A DNA stretch of 64,000 nt, taken from Glycera tridactyla (Eukaryota). Position 1 is the first letter of the stretch. Each line of letters opens with the position of its first letter. The position numbers and the translations under genes were made by a program. The notes under the pieces are model-generated. The model worked only from the letters and a program-made list of their open reading frames with translations. It was not told the DNA's origin and made no database searches. Shown here in pieces: positions 21,007-33,782 of the stretch. Location: assembly GCA_965644265.1 (NCBI GenBank), contig OZ286466.1, forward strand, positions 65,286,001 to 65,350,000, in the 5' to 3' direction.

Positions 21007-24000
21007 TCACCAGATGGAATATCACCGATTGAACCAAATTTCACCCCTTGAGTGAGATAGCTGGCTCCTCAAATCGTCTATTCATTCGGAATGGCAACAT
21101 AAAACATTTTTGCTGGAAAGTGTCCGCCTACTGCAATGTTTATCCACTGTCCTACTCGAACATATCTTGTGTCTCGCGGTCCAACCAAACTTCATCCCCG
21201 TATGAGGGAGCTTGATATAGAATCTAGATAAAGATGTGGAAAGGGTTACAATACATAGACTTTTATTGAAATTGGCTGCGACATTCCTCTCGAAGGTTTG
21301 TCCCTGCGATGTTCATCTACTTTCTAACTCTGACTTGGAGGGATTTGTCCTAATCAAGACAAACTTCGCCTCCGTATGAGTTAGCCGGAACTAGTTTCTG
21401 AAAACAAATCGTGGGAAAAGCTACGTTAAAAAACTTTGCCACTCCTAGTGATCTGCGGCCGAGGGTGGAACTCTGGTCCTAAATTTCAGTGCAATAATAA
21501 AATCGGGTGTACAATAAGGGCCGAGTACACAGTGAGCGGATAGACGGCCTAAACAATTATTATCAGCCTAATTGGCGAGTATATCACCTAGTTTAGGTGA
21601 CTAATCATCAAATTAAGGTTGGGACCAATATTTCACAGGCCTGTTGATGAATATCGCAATTGAATCTTGGATAGAGTCTGAACCAGTATGTCCTGTCACC
21701 ACCGAGTTTTGCGTGATACTGCACAGTTTGGGATGTAGTTTGTTAGTAGTTACTCCCATGTGTGGGATTTACATAGCTTCAACTGATTGCGGGATTTCCC
21801 TGATGGTCGAGGAGTGTCCCCCCTAACAATGTGCAGTAACTAAGACACGGAATATCATACTGACCCGAATTAGTGAGTTGAAATTGTCAACGTGATTATG
21901 GTTTACATGTTATGTGAATGAAATGTCTGTATTTATAATCGTCAAAAATGATGTGAACACAGCTAGTGAATATAAGTGAAATGATTCATATGAAAATACA
22001 TATAGCACGATTGCTCCAGCTCTTGAGCTTTTTCCGGCATGACAAGAATGATGCCAAGTAGTGAACATACATTGACGAGCTGCTTCCTAGTGAGCCAAGG
22101 TGCATAGCATCTGTCCATTGCATATCCAAGGTACTACCACACTTCCCATTCCTTTCTGATACCCTGTTCAGGGTATATTCATTCATCTTGGGAAGCTGTA
22201 CTTGTACTCTTGATACTCGAATTAGGCTATCGACCTGAGAACTGCTTCTTGGTAGGCAAGTAGGTAAAGCAGCTTATGATTTGAGTAAAAACGGGTAGAG
22301 ATCGATCCGTCGGATTCAAAACAAACACCCCATGGTAATTTGATCAGAGGACAACAACACAATTCACACGGGTAGCATTCGATCAGCTTCAGGAAGGCTG
22401 CTGAAACCCTTCATAATCAGGCAAAGTGTAATTGATGACAATCATCTCTAGGACACGCCTGAGTGGGACGAGTTAACTGGTTGAGCGCGGTCTTGTCAAT
22501 CGAACATAACACCTCGGGTTGCAAGATGAGTCTGAGGTGTGAAAAGGTAATTGAGACAGCACCAACATTGAGGAAAATCGACAGCGTCAACGAAGTCTAC
22601 AAATGTCTATGTTGATCGCCTCTTCTCCGAGAAATGGTTTTTGGTTAGTGATCGATATTTGCATCTGTCCATAGAATTCCTACGCTGGCTCAGATCCGGC
22701 CTAAGTTTCAAGCTGAACTGAATATTTTGTATTCACATTTTCTTTTCAATCTAATTTGTAAAACTCCCATATTGTCATTTGACGTCACCATGTGTCAAAT
22801 TTCATGTTGTACCTTTATGATAACGTCATGTACATAGTGTATATATATTGTATTGTTCCCAAATGTGTATCTGGCCTCCAAATATGGGCCTTTTGCTTCG
22901 ATCGGAAAATAAAGAATCGAAAAAAGTTATAGAGGCATGGCAGACCCGCTAAGGAAACAAGATGGTGATGTGACCGATATTCAGTTTGCAAACCTCAGTA
23001 CTGTTGTATTGAAGTATATCCATTGCATTTTATCCTTTGTATTGTATTGTATCCGTCCTCTCACAACCTGTCCCTACCCGTCAGTTTTTGTTTCAGCCAG
23101 AGAGCATCACTGTGCAAATGCCGAATGGAATCCCGAGGCAGTGCTTGCGATGAGTTATGGTAATTATATGCGATATAGGGGTCGAGTAATATATGGGGCG
23201 TCTCTACCATATCGAGAGCTGGACATGACCAATAGTCATTGCCTGGCAATTCTCAATATTGCACCCCAGACTCTCATGTGACATCGGCACTGACAAGATG
23301 CATATCAAGATATACACTGTACTGAGCGTATGAGGCATTCATCAGTAGTAAAAGAGGGTTGGATCGCCGCAAGAAAACTTTCTGGCTGCAATTCAATCCT
23401 CTCGGTCAAGGATTAGTACGAACAAAATGAAATTGATACCTTACTCTATATGAGAAAATAATGAGAGGTAATATTGTGAGAGGAACGTCGACAACCCAAT
23501 AAGTAATCGATCAATTATGTTCAGGACTTGTGAGAGTGATGTAGTAGAGGACAGAATATACATCGAAAGTATTCATGAATACACCGCAAGCTATGGTTGA
23601 CGTAGATTGTCAATCATCTTGTGTTCATGAATGAACTGTGAGGCTAGTTCGAAGTAGACAACGCATATACTTACACCACTCTTTGATAGTCTCGAAACCT
23701 GATGATATCCCTGATTTCAAGTACTGCACTTCACTCAAAATGAACACATTGATTTTTAGCATGAGTGTCATTCTCTAGCCTGTTACATGGCTGGATATGC
23801 CATGTATAGTTTGATCATGCATCAAACCATGATAATTCCGTATCAGATTCATGGGAAAAAAATCATGTTGATTTCAAGTGCTATTTTTTTCTTGAAGGAA
23901 TTATGGTCCTTCATTCACGTCGCTATTCAACGATATCAAAGCTTTTCACACCATGCTATTGATTAACAGGTGGACATGGTAGAGTATTGTTGCTTCCTCT

Positions 24001-24740
24001 CTATACCTCTCTTTTTCTGGCAATTCCTGCAAATGACATTACCTGCAGTCTGAAAAGTCAGTGCATGTTTCACCACAATGCAAGTAGTTGAGTTTATACG
24101 AATTTATGAGGACGTTTTTGCAATATCAGTTTCTGGCTAAGGGTCACAGAATAATGTTGCTGTTTAGATATCAACAAATGAGATTTCATGTTACTTACAC
24201 TTCCTGACTCTCACTTCCTGATGATATACAAAGATGGACGCCTCAGTTAGTAGGCAGATACTATCTTCTATATCATAATAGCAATTACAGCACGTGTGGG
24301 GCCTGGGCAAGACAAGAATATTAAGTGCCAAACCGTGGATATCCTAATTAAGTGTTCGGTGGCACCAAGACGTGGTTGGCCTCCTGTCGTCACAGGAAGC
24401 CTACTGATGAGCATACCAAGCCACAAAAATTCGCCCTAGAGAATGTCACAAAATGTGATCATCTGATTATCCACACAAGTGTGTATACCTTGGAAGTATT
24501 GCCAACGATGGAAGTTTCAACAAGTCTCAAAGTCAGCGCTTCAGACTTCCCAAGGTCACTCATGCCATATCAAAATGAATCCAACCAAGCAATCAGGTCA
24601 ATCTGAGCCACTAGTCATCTTGTTCTCATACCTTATACCAATGACAAAACACTAGTACCGTTTTTATAGTGTTACTTCTCATTCCACTCGTGGTGTACAT
24701 GGCTAGGTGAATATGTGTGAATGCAATCCGCATAAAATGA

Positions 24741-25189
24741 NNNNNNNNNNNNNNNNNNNNNNNNNNNNNNNNNNNNNNNNNNNNNNNNNNNNNNNNNNNN
24801 NNNNNNNNNNNNNNNNNNNNNNNNNNNNNNNNNNNNNNNNNNNNNNNNNNNNNNNNNNNNNNNNNNNNNNNNNNNNNNNNNNNNNNNNNNNNNNNNNNNN
24901 NNNNNNNNNNNNNNNNNNNNNNNNNNNNNNNNNNNNNNNNNNNNNNNNNNNNNNNNNNNNNNNNNNNNNNNNNNNNNNNNNNNNNNNNNNNNNNNNNNNN
25001 NNNNNNNNNNNNNNNNNNNNNNNNNNNNNNNNNNNNNNNNNNNNNNNNNNNNNNNNNNNNNNNNNNNNNNNNNNNNNNNNNNNNNNNNNNNNNNNNNNNN
25101 NNNNNNNNNNNNNNNNNNNNNNNNNNNNNNNNNNNNNNNNNNNNNNNNNNNNNNNNNNNNNNNNNNNNNNNNNNNNNNNNNNNNNNNNN
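24741..25189. other. Assembly gap
   Basis: Run of N. Confidence 0.99.
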
Positions 25190-25339
25190 CACACATATTC
25201 GTTCTCCAATTTAGGATCATTTGTTTCACTGCGCAGTATCACCAGCTTTACCCGATTATATCCATCGTTTCTTGTCGCTGCATTGATATTAATACTTCCA
25301 AATACTGCATTCTAGTACATGGGACACTCCCACTCCTGG

Positions 25340-25396
25340 TAGTCGCCATCGTAGTAGTAGTGGTTAGTAGTGGTGTTGGTAGCGGTAGCAGGAGTG

Positions 25397-25432
<36 letters not shown>

Positions 25433-25600
25433 AAAGTAGTAGTAGTAGTAGTAGTAGAATTAGTTGTAGTAGTGGTAGTAGGTGTAGTTAAGGTTGTGGT
25501 AGTAGTGGTGATCGTGGTATTAGAAGTAGCATGAGTGAAAGCAGTTGATCTAGTTGTTGTTCGAGCAGTTCGTTGTTGAGGTGGTGGTGGTGGTAGTCGA
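25340..25600. repeat. (AGT/GGT)n degenerate trinucleotide microsatellite
   Basis: Direct reading of the sequence. Confidence 0.9.
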
Positions 25601-26192
25601 AGCAAAGGTTCTAGAAGTAGGACCGGCATCTTCTCTCGTCTTATTGTTCATATCACGAAGATGGTAACTCCCAATCCCTATTAATCCTACCAAGGAGACC
25701 TGCTAGCAATTCTACCTGGTATCTCCAAACATGACGGTTTCACTGTATTGTACTGTATTGTATGTCCAGGACATCCAGGATTTGACTAGAGAATGTCCAA
25801 GACCCAGGGGCATCCCATTGATTATCACAAGAATGACACAAGTCAGTTGCAATGAAACATTCGTTTATTTCGTCAATGTGGTACATCTTATCCGGATTCT
25901 GCTTGGCCTTACCATGATGACAGTCAAATACTACCATCTCTTTTCATGTTCACCCACCACCTTCTCAAAAAAAAATTTCTCTCTATAAAACAAAGGCGAT
26001 AGTAGATATGAACATTACTGAACAAATTTTTCAGTCACATGGTCGGTTAGGGCAGGATTCGAAAAACTTTCCAATATTACTGCTCAACATGGTTCTATGC
26101 ATTGTTTCTTATATTGCTTTTTCCTGTGGTATTCCTACTGGAACCCGGGTAAATATCAGTGTTCTGATCGTGTTTCCAGTATTGAAATAAAA

Positions 26193-26194
<2 letters not shown>

Positions 26195-26231
<37 letters not shown>

Positions 26232-26292
26232 ATTATCATAATAATAATAATATTGATAATAATAACAATAACGATGATTATGATAATGATAA
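26195..26292. repeat. Compound (CTGT)n + (AAT)n microsatellite running into a gap
   Basis: Direct reading of the sequence. Confidence 0.9.
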
Positions 26293-26472
26293 NNNNNNNN
26301 NNNNNNNNNNNNNNNNNNNNNNNNNNNNNNNNNNNNNNNNNNNNNNNNNNNNNNNNNNNNNNNNNNNNNNNNNNNNNNNNNNNNNNNNNNNNNNNNNNNN
26401 NNNNNNNNNNNNNNNNNNNNNNNNNNNNNNNNNNNNNNNNNNNNNNNNNNNNNNNNNNNNNNNNNNNNNNNN
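26293..26472. other. Assembly gap
   Basis: Run of N. Confidence 0.99.
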
Positions 26473-26649
26473 GTGGTTGATTTCAATGGAGATCAAATGG
26501 TGGTCAATTCCACCGTCATTTGTCCAAGTCGACCATCATGAACAGAGTACATTAGATGGCGTTGGTCTAGGATTTCCCAGTACCATTAGCTGCCCGTGTG
26601 ATTTCCTGTTCGCTAACCAACCCTAATGACTGCAATTACCTTGCAACCA

Positions 26650-27345
26650 TTACTGTCACATTGAATATCATGCTAAATGTTACCAGCTAATCAGAGGACA
26701 GGAAATTGCTCTGTCTGCAATTCGGTGTCATCTTCCCTCTCACACAATGAGCATCCCATACCTTCTCGCACACAATCTATGCCGGAGAGTGACTGTCATT
26801 TTAGTTTGTTAGAACCATACCAGTGCATCAGTGTAGAGAGACTCAAGTGTGATCAATGGGGACTGAGATGGATGGTGCACACCGACGATATTAAGTCGAA
26901 GATTCATTCAATTCATGTGTTCCTGAACTATGGGAAACGCTGAATCATCTGTCAGCTGCAGGCATCACTTTCATGAATTCTGCACACAAGATTTTATGAG
27001 ATACCAGAATGGTTTGCGGTGAAATGACTGTTGAACCTATCGATGCACACCGTACTGTGCGACTGTATAGGAGCTAATACCAGAGCCCACCAACACCACT
27101 TTTCAAGCTCAAAACGAAGGTTCACAGAACACTCAACTAATATGCCTCTTTCTATCCTGATCATCACTTGAATGCGATGATGCAATGCATGGTATGTCTG
27201 AAGTAATTCCCGTTTCTTGCTCCGCCAAAGATTGCTTCAATATTCGATTCTCCAAAAAGGGATGGCTCCATTTGTGGAGAATCAATCTGTCGAATGATTT
27301 ATAATTTTTCTTTCTGCCTGAAACTTCATTCATGAGGCTGACCAC
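26650..27345 (-). mobile_element. Degenerate non-LTR retrotransposon RT remnant
   Basis: Minus strand NRILKQSLAEQETGI...CI (loosely like the RL...EQxGFR...C motif) and CRQSNFLSS (loosely like GVRQGxxLSP). Heavily decayed. Confidence 0.3.
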
Positions 27346-27568
27346 AATTCACAGTTTTTTGTTGCGCCAGCAGCACAGAGTGAATTGCTATATGTTTGTG
27401 GATTGATGAGGATGCATCTGAAAAAAATTACTTCCCACTCCATTTCTCACCATGATTGACTGAGCTATAACTTGTTTCAAGCATATCATTTCATCACAGC
27501 CATTGGCCTCATATTCAGGACAAGCTCTACTTTATGAACATCTCAATGTGTAGTCAGAGCACATCCTA

Positions 27569-27710
27569 TCAGGTTCCCCGCCATCTTGTGTTTAGGGCTT
27601 GTTAGAGTGATGTCTTCACGGGAGAGAACATCTATCTTCGATTGACCAGATACCTACGGCTCACATAAATCGCCGGGTTGGTACATGCCGTTAAACATCA
27701 AACAAACAAA
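27569..27710 (+). mobile_element. SINE-like family A, copy 3 (5'-truncated)
   Basis: TCAGGTTCCCC...GAGAACATCTA...TACATGCCGTTAAACATCAAACAAACAAA. Confidence 0.7.
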
Positions 27711-27885
27711 CTCCCGACTTGTCACTAGTTTGGCGGTTGATTTCACAGGTCACTAGCCACTTGGAAGTGATACTCTATTCATCATGGCATGCCTGCTCAG
27801 ATGGGGCAGGTAAGACATCAGCAACGCGGGTGGCCCACATCGATCAGCCTGTCGGTAGAGGCGTATCTTTCAGCGACAGTAACGC

Positions 27886-29752
27886 CCTGTCGTTTGCAAC
27901 ACAAGAGACCATATATCTTATGATACCTTGAATAAAGATTCAACCAGGTAACCCCTTACTCACAGTCATTTGCAACACTAGAGTCCATATATTTTATGAT
28001 ACTGTGAATAGAAAACTCCTTACCCATTGTCATTTGCAACACTAGAGACCATATATCTTATGATACTTTGAATAGGGATTTAACCAGGCAACCTGACCCA
28101 CTAACGTTTGCAACACAAGAGACCATATATCTTATGATACTTCGAATACGGATTCAACCAGGTAACCTCACACACAGCCATTTGCAACACTAGAGACCAT
28201 ATATCTTCGGATACCTTGAATAGGGATTCAACCAGGTAACCCCTTACCCACAGTCGTTTGCAACACAACAGACCATATATCTTATAATACCTTGAATAGG
28301 GATTCAACCAGGTAACCCCTTACCCACAGTCATTTGCAACACTAGAGACCATATATCCTATGATACCTTGAATAGGGATTCAACCAGGTAACCCCCCACC
28401 CACAGTCGTTTGCAACATTAGAGACCATATATCTTATGATACCTAAAATAGGGATTCAACCAGGTAACTCCTTACCCACTGTCACTTGCAACACAAGAGA
28501 CCATATATCTTATGGCACCTTGAACAAGGATTCAACCAGGTGACCCCTTACCCACAGTTGTTTGCAACACAAAAGACCATATACCTGATGACACTCTGAA
28601 AAAGGATTCAACCAGGTAACCCCTTACCCACTGTCATTTGCAACACTAGAGACCATATATCTTATGATACCTTGAATAGGGATTCCACCAGGTCAACCCT
28701 TACCCACAATCCTTCGCAACCCTAAATACCATAAATCTTATGATACCTTGAATAGGGATTTCACCAGGTCAACAATTACCCACAATCCTTTGTAATCCTA
28801 AATACCATATATCTTATGATACCTTGAATGGGGATTCAACCAGGTAACCATTTACCCACAATCCTTTGCAACCCTAAATACCATATATCTTATGATACCT
28901 TGAATAGGGATTCAACCAGGTAACCCCTCATCCACAGTCGTTTGCAACACAAGAGACCATATATCTTATGATACCTTGAATAAGGATTCAACCAGGTAAC
29001 CCCTTACCCACTGACGTTTGCAACACTAGAGACCATATATCTTATGATACTTTGAATAGGGATTCAACCAGGCAACCTCACCCACTATCGTTTGCAACAC
29101 TAGAGACCATATATTTTATGATACTTTGAATAGGGATTCAACCAGGTAACCTCACACACAGCCATTTGCAACACTAGAGACTATATATCTGATGATACCT
29201 TGAATAAGGATTCAACCAGGTAACCCCTTACCCACTGTCGTTTGCAACACTAGAGACCATATATCTCAAGGATTCTATAATACACTATCTTGTTTACCCA
29301 CTGTCGTTTGCAACAAAAGAGACAATATATCTTATGATATCTTGAATATGGATTCAACCAGGTAACCCCTTGCCCAAGGTTTCAGTCTGAAGGATTCTAT
29401 AATACACTAGCTGGTCTCCCCACTGTCGTTTGCAACACAAGAGACCATATATCTCATGCTACCTTGAATAGGGATTCAACCAGGTGAACCCTTGCCCGAG
29501 GTTTTAGTCTGAGGATTATATAATGCACTAGCTTGTTTACCCACTGTCGTTTGCAACATAAGAGACCATACATCCAAAGATAGCTTGGATGGATTTTGAC
29601 CGGAGAACCTTTTGCCTAGACTTTGTGTCTTAAAAAATCTCTAATACAATAGCCCTTTACCCACTGTTGCATGCCCCTTCGAATGCCCTGTCATTTTCGA
29701 AACGGATGAGATATTTTGAGATACCTTGGTAGGGATCCGACCAAGGAACCTT
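27886..29752. repeat. Minisatellite array of about 22 units (mostly 74-76 bp, 64-66 bp variants, 121-122 bp units at the right end)
   Basis: Unit GAGACCATATATCTTATGATACCTTGAATAGGGATTCAACCAGGTAACCCCTTACCCACAGTCATTTGCAACACTA starts at 27905, 27981, 28045, 28119, 28193 ... 29253, 29319, 29441, 29562. Confidence 0.96.
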
Positions 29753-30539
29753 CGGCATTCACCACATTGTAACACAATCTGATCCAGTTTCATCGTCGTA
29801 CAAAGATCGACCCATGAGATGATGGCAATAGCATCTTATCCTGAAACTGACTTTCTCTCCTCAGCATAATTCGAAATTCATTAGTTATATACTATACAAG
29901 TAATAGTCATGAAATTGGGCTTCTCAATACATCAGACTACGAGCTGACGTGATGTTAAACTGTAACAAACAAACCAATATATGAGACATCTCTGGGTGGG
30001 AAATGTATTAGGTTCTGAGATGAAATCCGCACCTATCAGATATGAGGACCACCCAGGTTTTTGTTTATGCTAGGTGACCAGGCGTATCATTGCTGATTGT
30101 CTCATGCGCTGATGCAGCTAACTGACTGCATTCAAGCATGTTTGGGAGATAATTGCATTCGCTTGAGTCGTTACTGAATGGCGAATGGCTGAGATGAGTC
30201 GCCGCCTGACATCCCTGTCTGATGTCTAACAGGAAGACCCTTGCCCTGGCTCTAAATCATCTAAAGAAACAACACACACTGTCATATCATTAGGACAGGT
30301 CGTCCCTGATGAGCATATTCAATTAAAATAATGAGGTCGTTTTGATGTCTTGTCAGATGTTCCCTTGAGTGACAGGCCTTGTTAACAGGCAGCCCTCTGA
30401 TTGGTAACCCCATCAATGGGCATGCCATGAAATCTCCCGTGTTGACGACGCCGTCCCTGTAGTCAATTATGATATAACTGCAACGTCCTCGTCTCTGCTG
30501 TGCTCAATTATTTATTCCTGCTACTACGGTAGTGTGATA

Positions 30540-30697
30540 GTAGTATAATTGCTAGTGGTGGTTGCTGTGTCATCAGTGGTAATGGTAATAGTAGTGGTAG
30601 TAGTAGTAGTAGTGATAATAATGTGATAATATAATAATGGAGTAGTGATGCAGTGGTAGAAACAGCAGTGGTAGCAAAGCCGTAAAGACATAAAGAC

Positions 30698-30777
<80 letters not shown>

Positions 30778-30811
30778 TGTAGTGGTAGTAGTTTTAGTAG
30801 TAGTTACTCAG
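30540..30811. repeat. (AGT)n microsatellite running into a gap
   Basis: Direct reading of the sequence. Confidence 0.93.
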
Positions 30812-30964
30812 NNNNNNNNNNNNNNNNNNNNNNNNNNNNNNNNNNNNNNNNNNNNNNNNNNNNNNNNNNNNNNNNNNNNNNNNNNNNNNNNNNNNNNNNN
30901 NNNNNNNNNNNNNNNNNNNNNNNNNNNNNNNNNNNNNNNNNNNNNNNNNNNNNNNNNNNNNNNN
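30812..30964. other. Assembly gap
   Basis: Run of N. Confidence 0.97.
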
Positions 30965-31902
30965 TGGAGAGAAGTGTTCTCAACCCGACTTGGCTGCCAA
31001 ATTAACAAATCTAATCAGGGTTGGCCAATCACCACGAAGTCTTGATCAATGACCTGTGGCCTGCTCCATTGATCTCGATCTGTTTCGACTCCACCCATGT
31101 CTGACATACTCACAAAGTTTGGTCAAAACTAATGAGTCGGTGTCATTTAATTAAGATCTTTTCCAAAAGTTTTTGTCCTCCTGAATCAAAGTATATGACT
31201 TAGAATATGACCGTTTCGAGACGACCTTTGTGCGGCTTTGAATGAAATCTACTCCAAAATTCGATTGAATATGAGTATGATTAATGCATCATATATGACT
31301 TCATATTCAAGAAAATATCGGTAATGAATTTCATTCAATGGTTGAATCTGGTGATGTAGACTTACTTATGACACGTATTCCCATAAGCATTGCATTGGTG
31401 ACACAATATAGCCCAGATGGTGCTCAGGTAACCTGTAGCACCCAATCAACCGACCAGACATCACACATACATTTCTGCTCATTTCTGCCCATTTCAAGAC
31501 CCACCTCAATGCATAACTATCAGTATTAACTGGCTATGTCCTGAATATATATTGAAAATCAACTGAGACTGTCTTTTTCAATGAAATGTTGAAGTTCTTT
31601 CTGTATCCAATGCCACGAACTGCTCCACCATGAACAAGTCGTGTCTGTTAGTGCCCATTCTTCATACACGTGGATAATTTCCCAAGACAGCAGAGAAAGT
31701 TTCCTACCTTAACCAACTATAGTCGGGACCATACGATACCTCGGTAAATGTTCAACATTGATGTATTATCCAGACAATACCTTCGAGGAATAACCCACTT
31801 TTTCAGCCTTGTATGATTCAGCCAGTATTGAAGAGACATCAAGCAATGATCGATCAATCAGGCAATCAATGTATGTGTAATGTGAGATGAATGAACATCC
31901 AT

Positions 31903-31905
<3 letters not shown>

Positions 31906-31950
<45 letters not shown>
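31906..31950. repeat. (CA)n microsatellite
   Basis: About 22 units. Confidence 0.96.
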
Positions 31951-31951
<1 letters not shown>

Positions 31952-32859
31952 TAGGAAGGTGACAATTGAAAAATCAGCTGCGAATTAGATGAGTGAAATA
32001 ATCTATATTGAAGATACAAGTCTCATGACTACCCCCTATTTGGTGTCTACCAACGTCCTGCATTGGTCAATGTATATGAAAAGGGGTGATGGTTGGTGGA
32101 AATGAAGATGCGAATAATATCATCATCAACAGAGAAGATTTTTACATACACGAGTGTTCTCGTCATATGGTTGATCACCAATACTGTGGAACAATAATAC
32201 GTAAGTGGATGAAGACATTACCTGGGTACAGCGAGGATACTTATCTTAGATATGTCACCGTTCAGAAATGTAGAGCAATGTTTCCCTATAGTAGACAATG
32301 CCGGAGATTTGTTGGGACCCTTTTAGGTGACAAACCCTTTTTTCACTTTCAACTCCTTCGGAAAGCAAGAAATATATCAGGTTTGATGAAAGGACATTTC
32401 CGATCAAAATGGGGTCAGAGACATTAACTTCCACTGAATTATGTAGCCCAGATGGTGCTAACAAAATGTAAATAACTTATCAACCCACCACGCCCATCGA
32501 TACACCACCACCGCCCTCATGATCATCATCTTGTAATTCTATCCCCCATCCATCCTCATCTCCATTTATATTCACATTCCGTGAATACCCTATTCTCATT
32601 GGTACACTAATAATGTACACACTCATCACCACCATGGCTGTCTCGACAAAAACATGTGCATATCGCCAGTGCCATTGTCAGAGAATTTAGCATGCAGTGT
32701 GCGTATGCAGTCATGGAACGTTTCCCAATGTCATAAATATGGTGGGGTGATTTCGCGCTCGACTGACCACTAACACGTCAGGTGTGGACCAGCTTCCTTT
32801 CGGTAATATTTCACCAGCATAAGTGTTATCCGCTGTTGCTGATAAGGTTGCTTCACATA

Positions 32860-33034
32860 AATCAGTCCTGCAAGTAACAACTAAGCTCTGTATTCACAAC
32901 ACTGACGACAGAATGCAGACCTGTTGAGATCACAGAGATGTTGCTCAACATGAATCAGTCCTGCAAGTAACTACTAAGCTCTGTATTCACAACACTGACG
33001 ACAGAATGCAGACCTGTTGAGATCACAAAGATGT
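32860..33034. repeat. 93-bp tandem duplication, about 1.9 copies
   Basis: AATCAGTCCTGCAAGTAAC...GAGATCACA starts at 32860 and 32953. Confidence 0.93.
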
Positions 33035-33408
33035 GTGACACAACTTGTGTTTTTTCTTTTGGGATCCATCTAGTTTTGACCTTCTCGCCACACACATACC
33101 AAAGCTAACTTGTCCATTATAGAAACAACGTACACTTGAACTTATCTAAAAGGTATTTGCCTAGGGGACTCCATGTCTGAAGGATACAAAAAAGCGACGA
33201 CCAGCAAATGCGAATTTCTGTAGGTATTCAATTCAGACAGGAGATGCAGTTTTCTCTCGAATGGTGATTGAACATTTATTTCAGTCACACGGAAAATGAT
33301 GAGGAACAATTTTCCCCACTAGTCGTCACTATGGGTCATTGCAGGCTCCCACTCAAATCATGAATAAACGTGAAGAAAAAGAGAACAGGTTATGAAATCG
33401 TACCACAC

Positions 33409-33782
33409 TATGTGAAGTCCCACAGACTCACCTAAAACACAGAAGATACGTAATGAAGTTTCAGTGATACATATTGGATAAATAAAAAACAGCAAATATC
33501 GAAAGAGACGCAGTTGTCGATGAGGCGGGTCTGATGTGCTGTTCCGCCTCGAATTTCCAAAATTGCTTGAATTATCCAATTTGAGATGTGCCTAAATATT
33601 GAGGCCCGCTCAAATATTGGGTTTGTGGTGGAGTTTGTCTGTTTGTCTGTTTGTCTGTTTTGGCTCGCATATTTCCAGCTGCCGGCTAGACAATTGCACA
33701 AAGAAAACCTACGGTATCATCACAATTAGCATGCCATTTCAACATTGAACACTTCCATCCATAAACTGTGGGACTTCACATA
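33409..33782. mobile_element. MITE-like element with 17-bp perfect terminal inverted repeats whose outer bases are TA
   Basis: TATGTGAAGTCCCACAG (33409-33425) and CTGTGGGACTTCACATA (33766-33782). Confidence 0.7.

Noticed and set aside
22937-23281. 114-aa ATG ORF
   Set aside because: No recognisable family; at most a faint resemblance to a LINE endonuclease fragment.
24626-25315. Long ORFs of 180-200 aa
   Set aside because: Artefacts of translating N runs; the same holds for all X-containing ORFs in the track.
25312-25629. Thr-rich mucin-like ORF
   Set aside because: Simply the antisense translation of the (AGT)n microsatellite; the poly-V, poly-I and RE-repeat ORFs at 30731, 14547 and 47465 have the same cause.
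32780-32875. Third GPCR 5' exon on the minus strand (CAG|GACTGATT matches the GPCR1 acceptor)
   Set aside because: Only an 11-nt match; downstream frames show no transmembrane helices or GPCR motifs.
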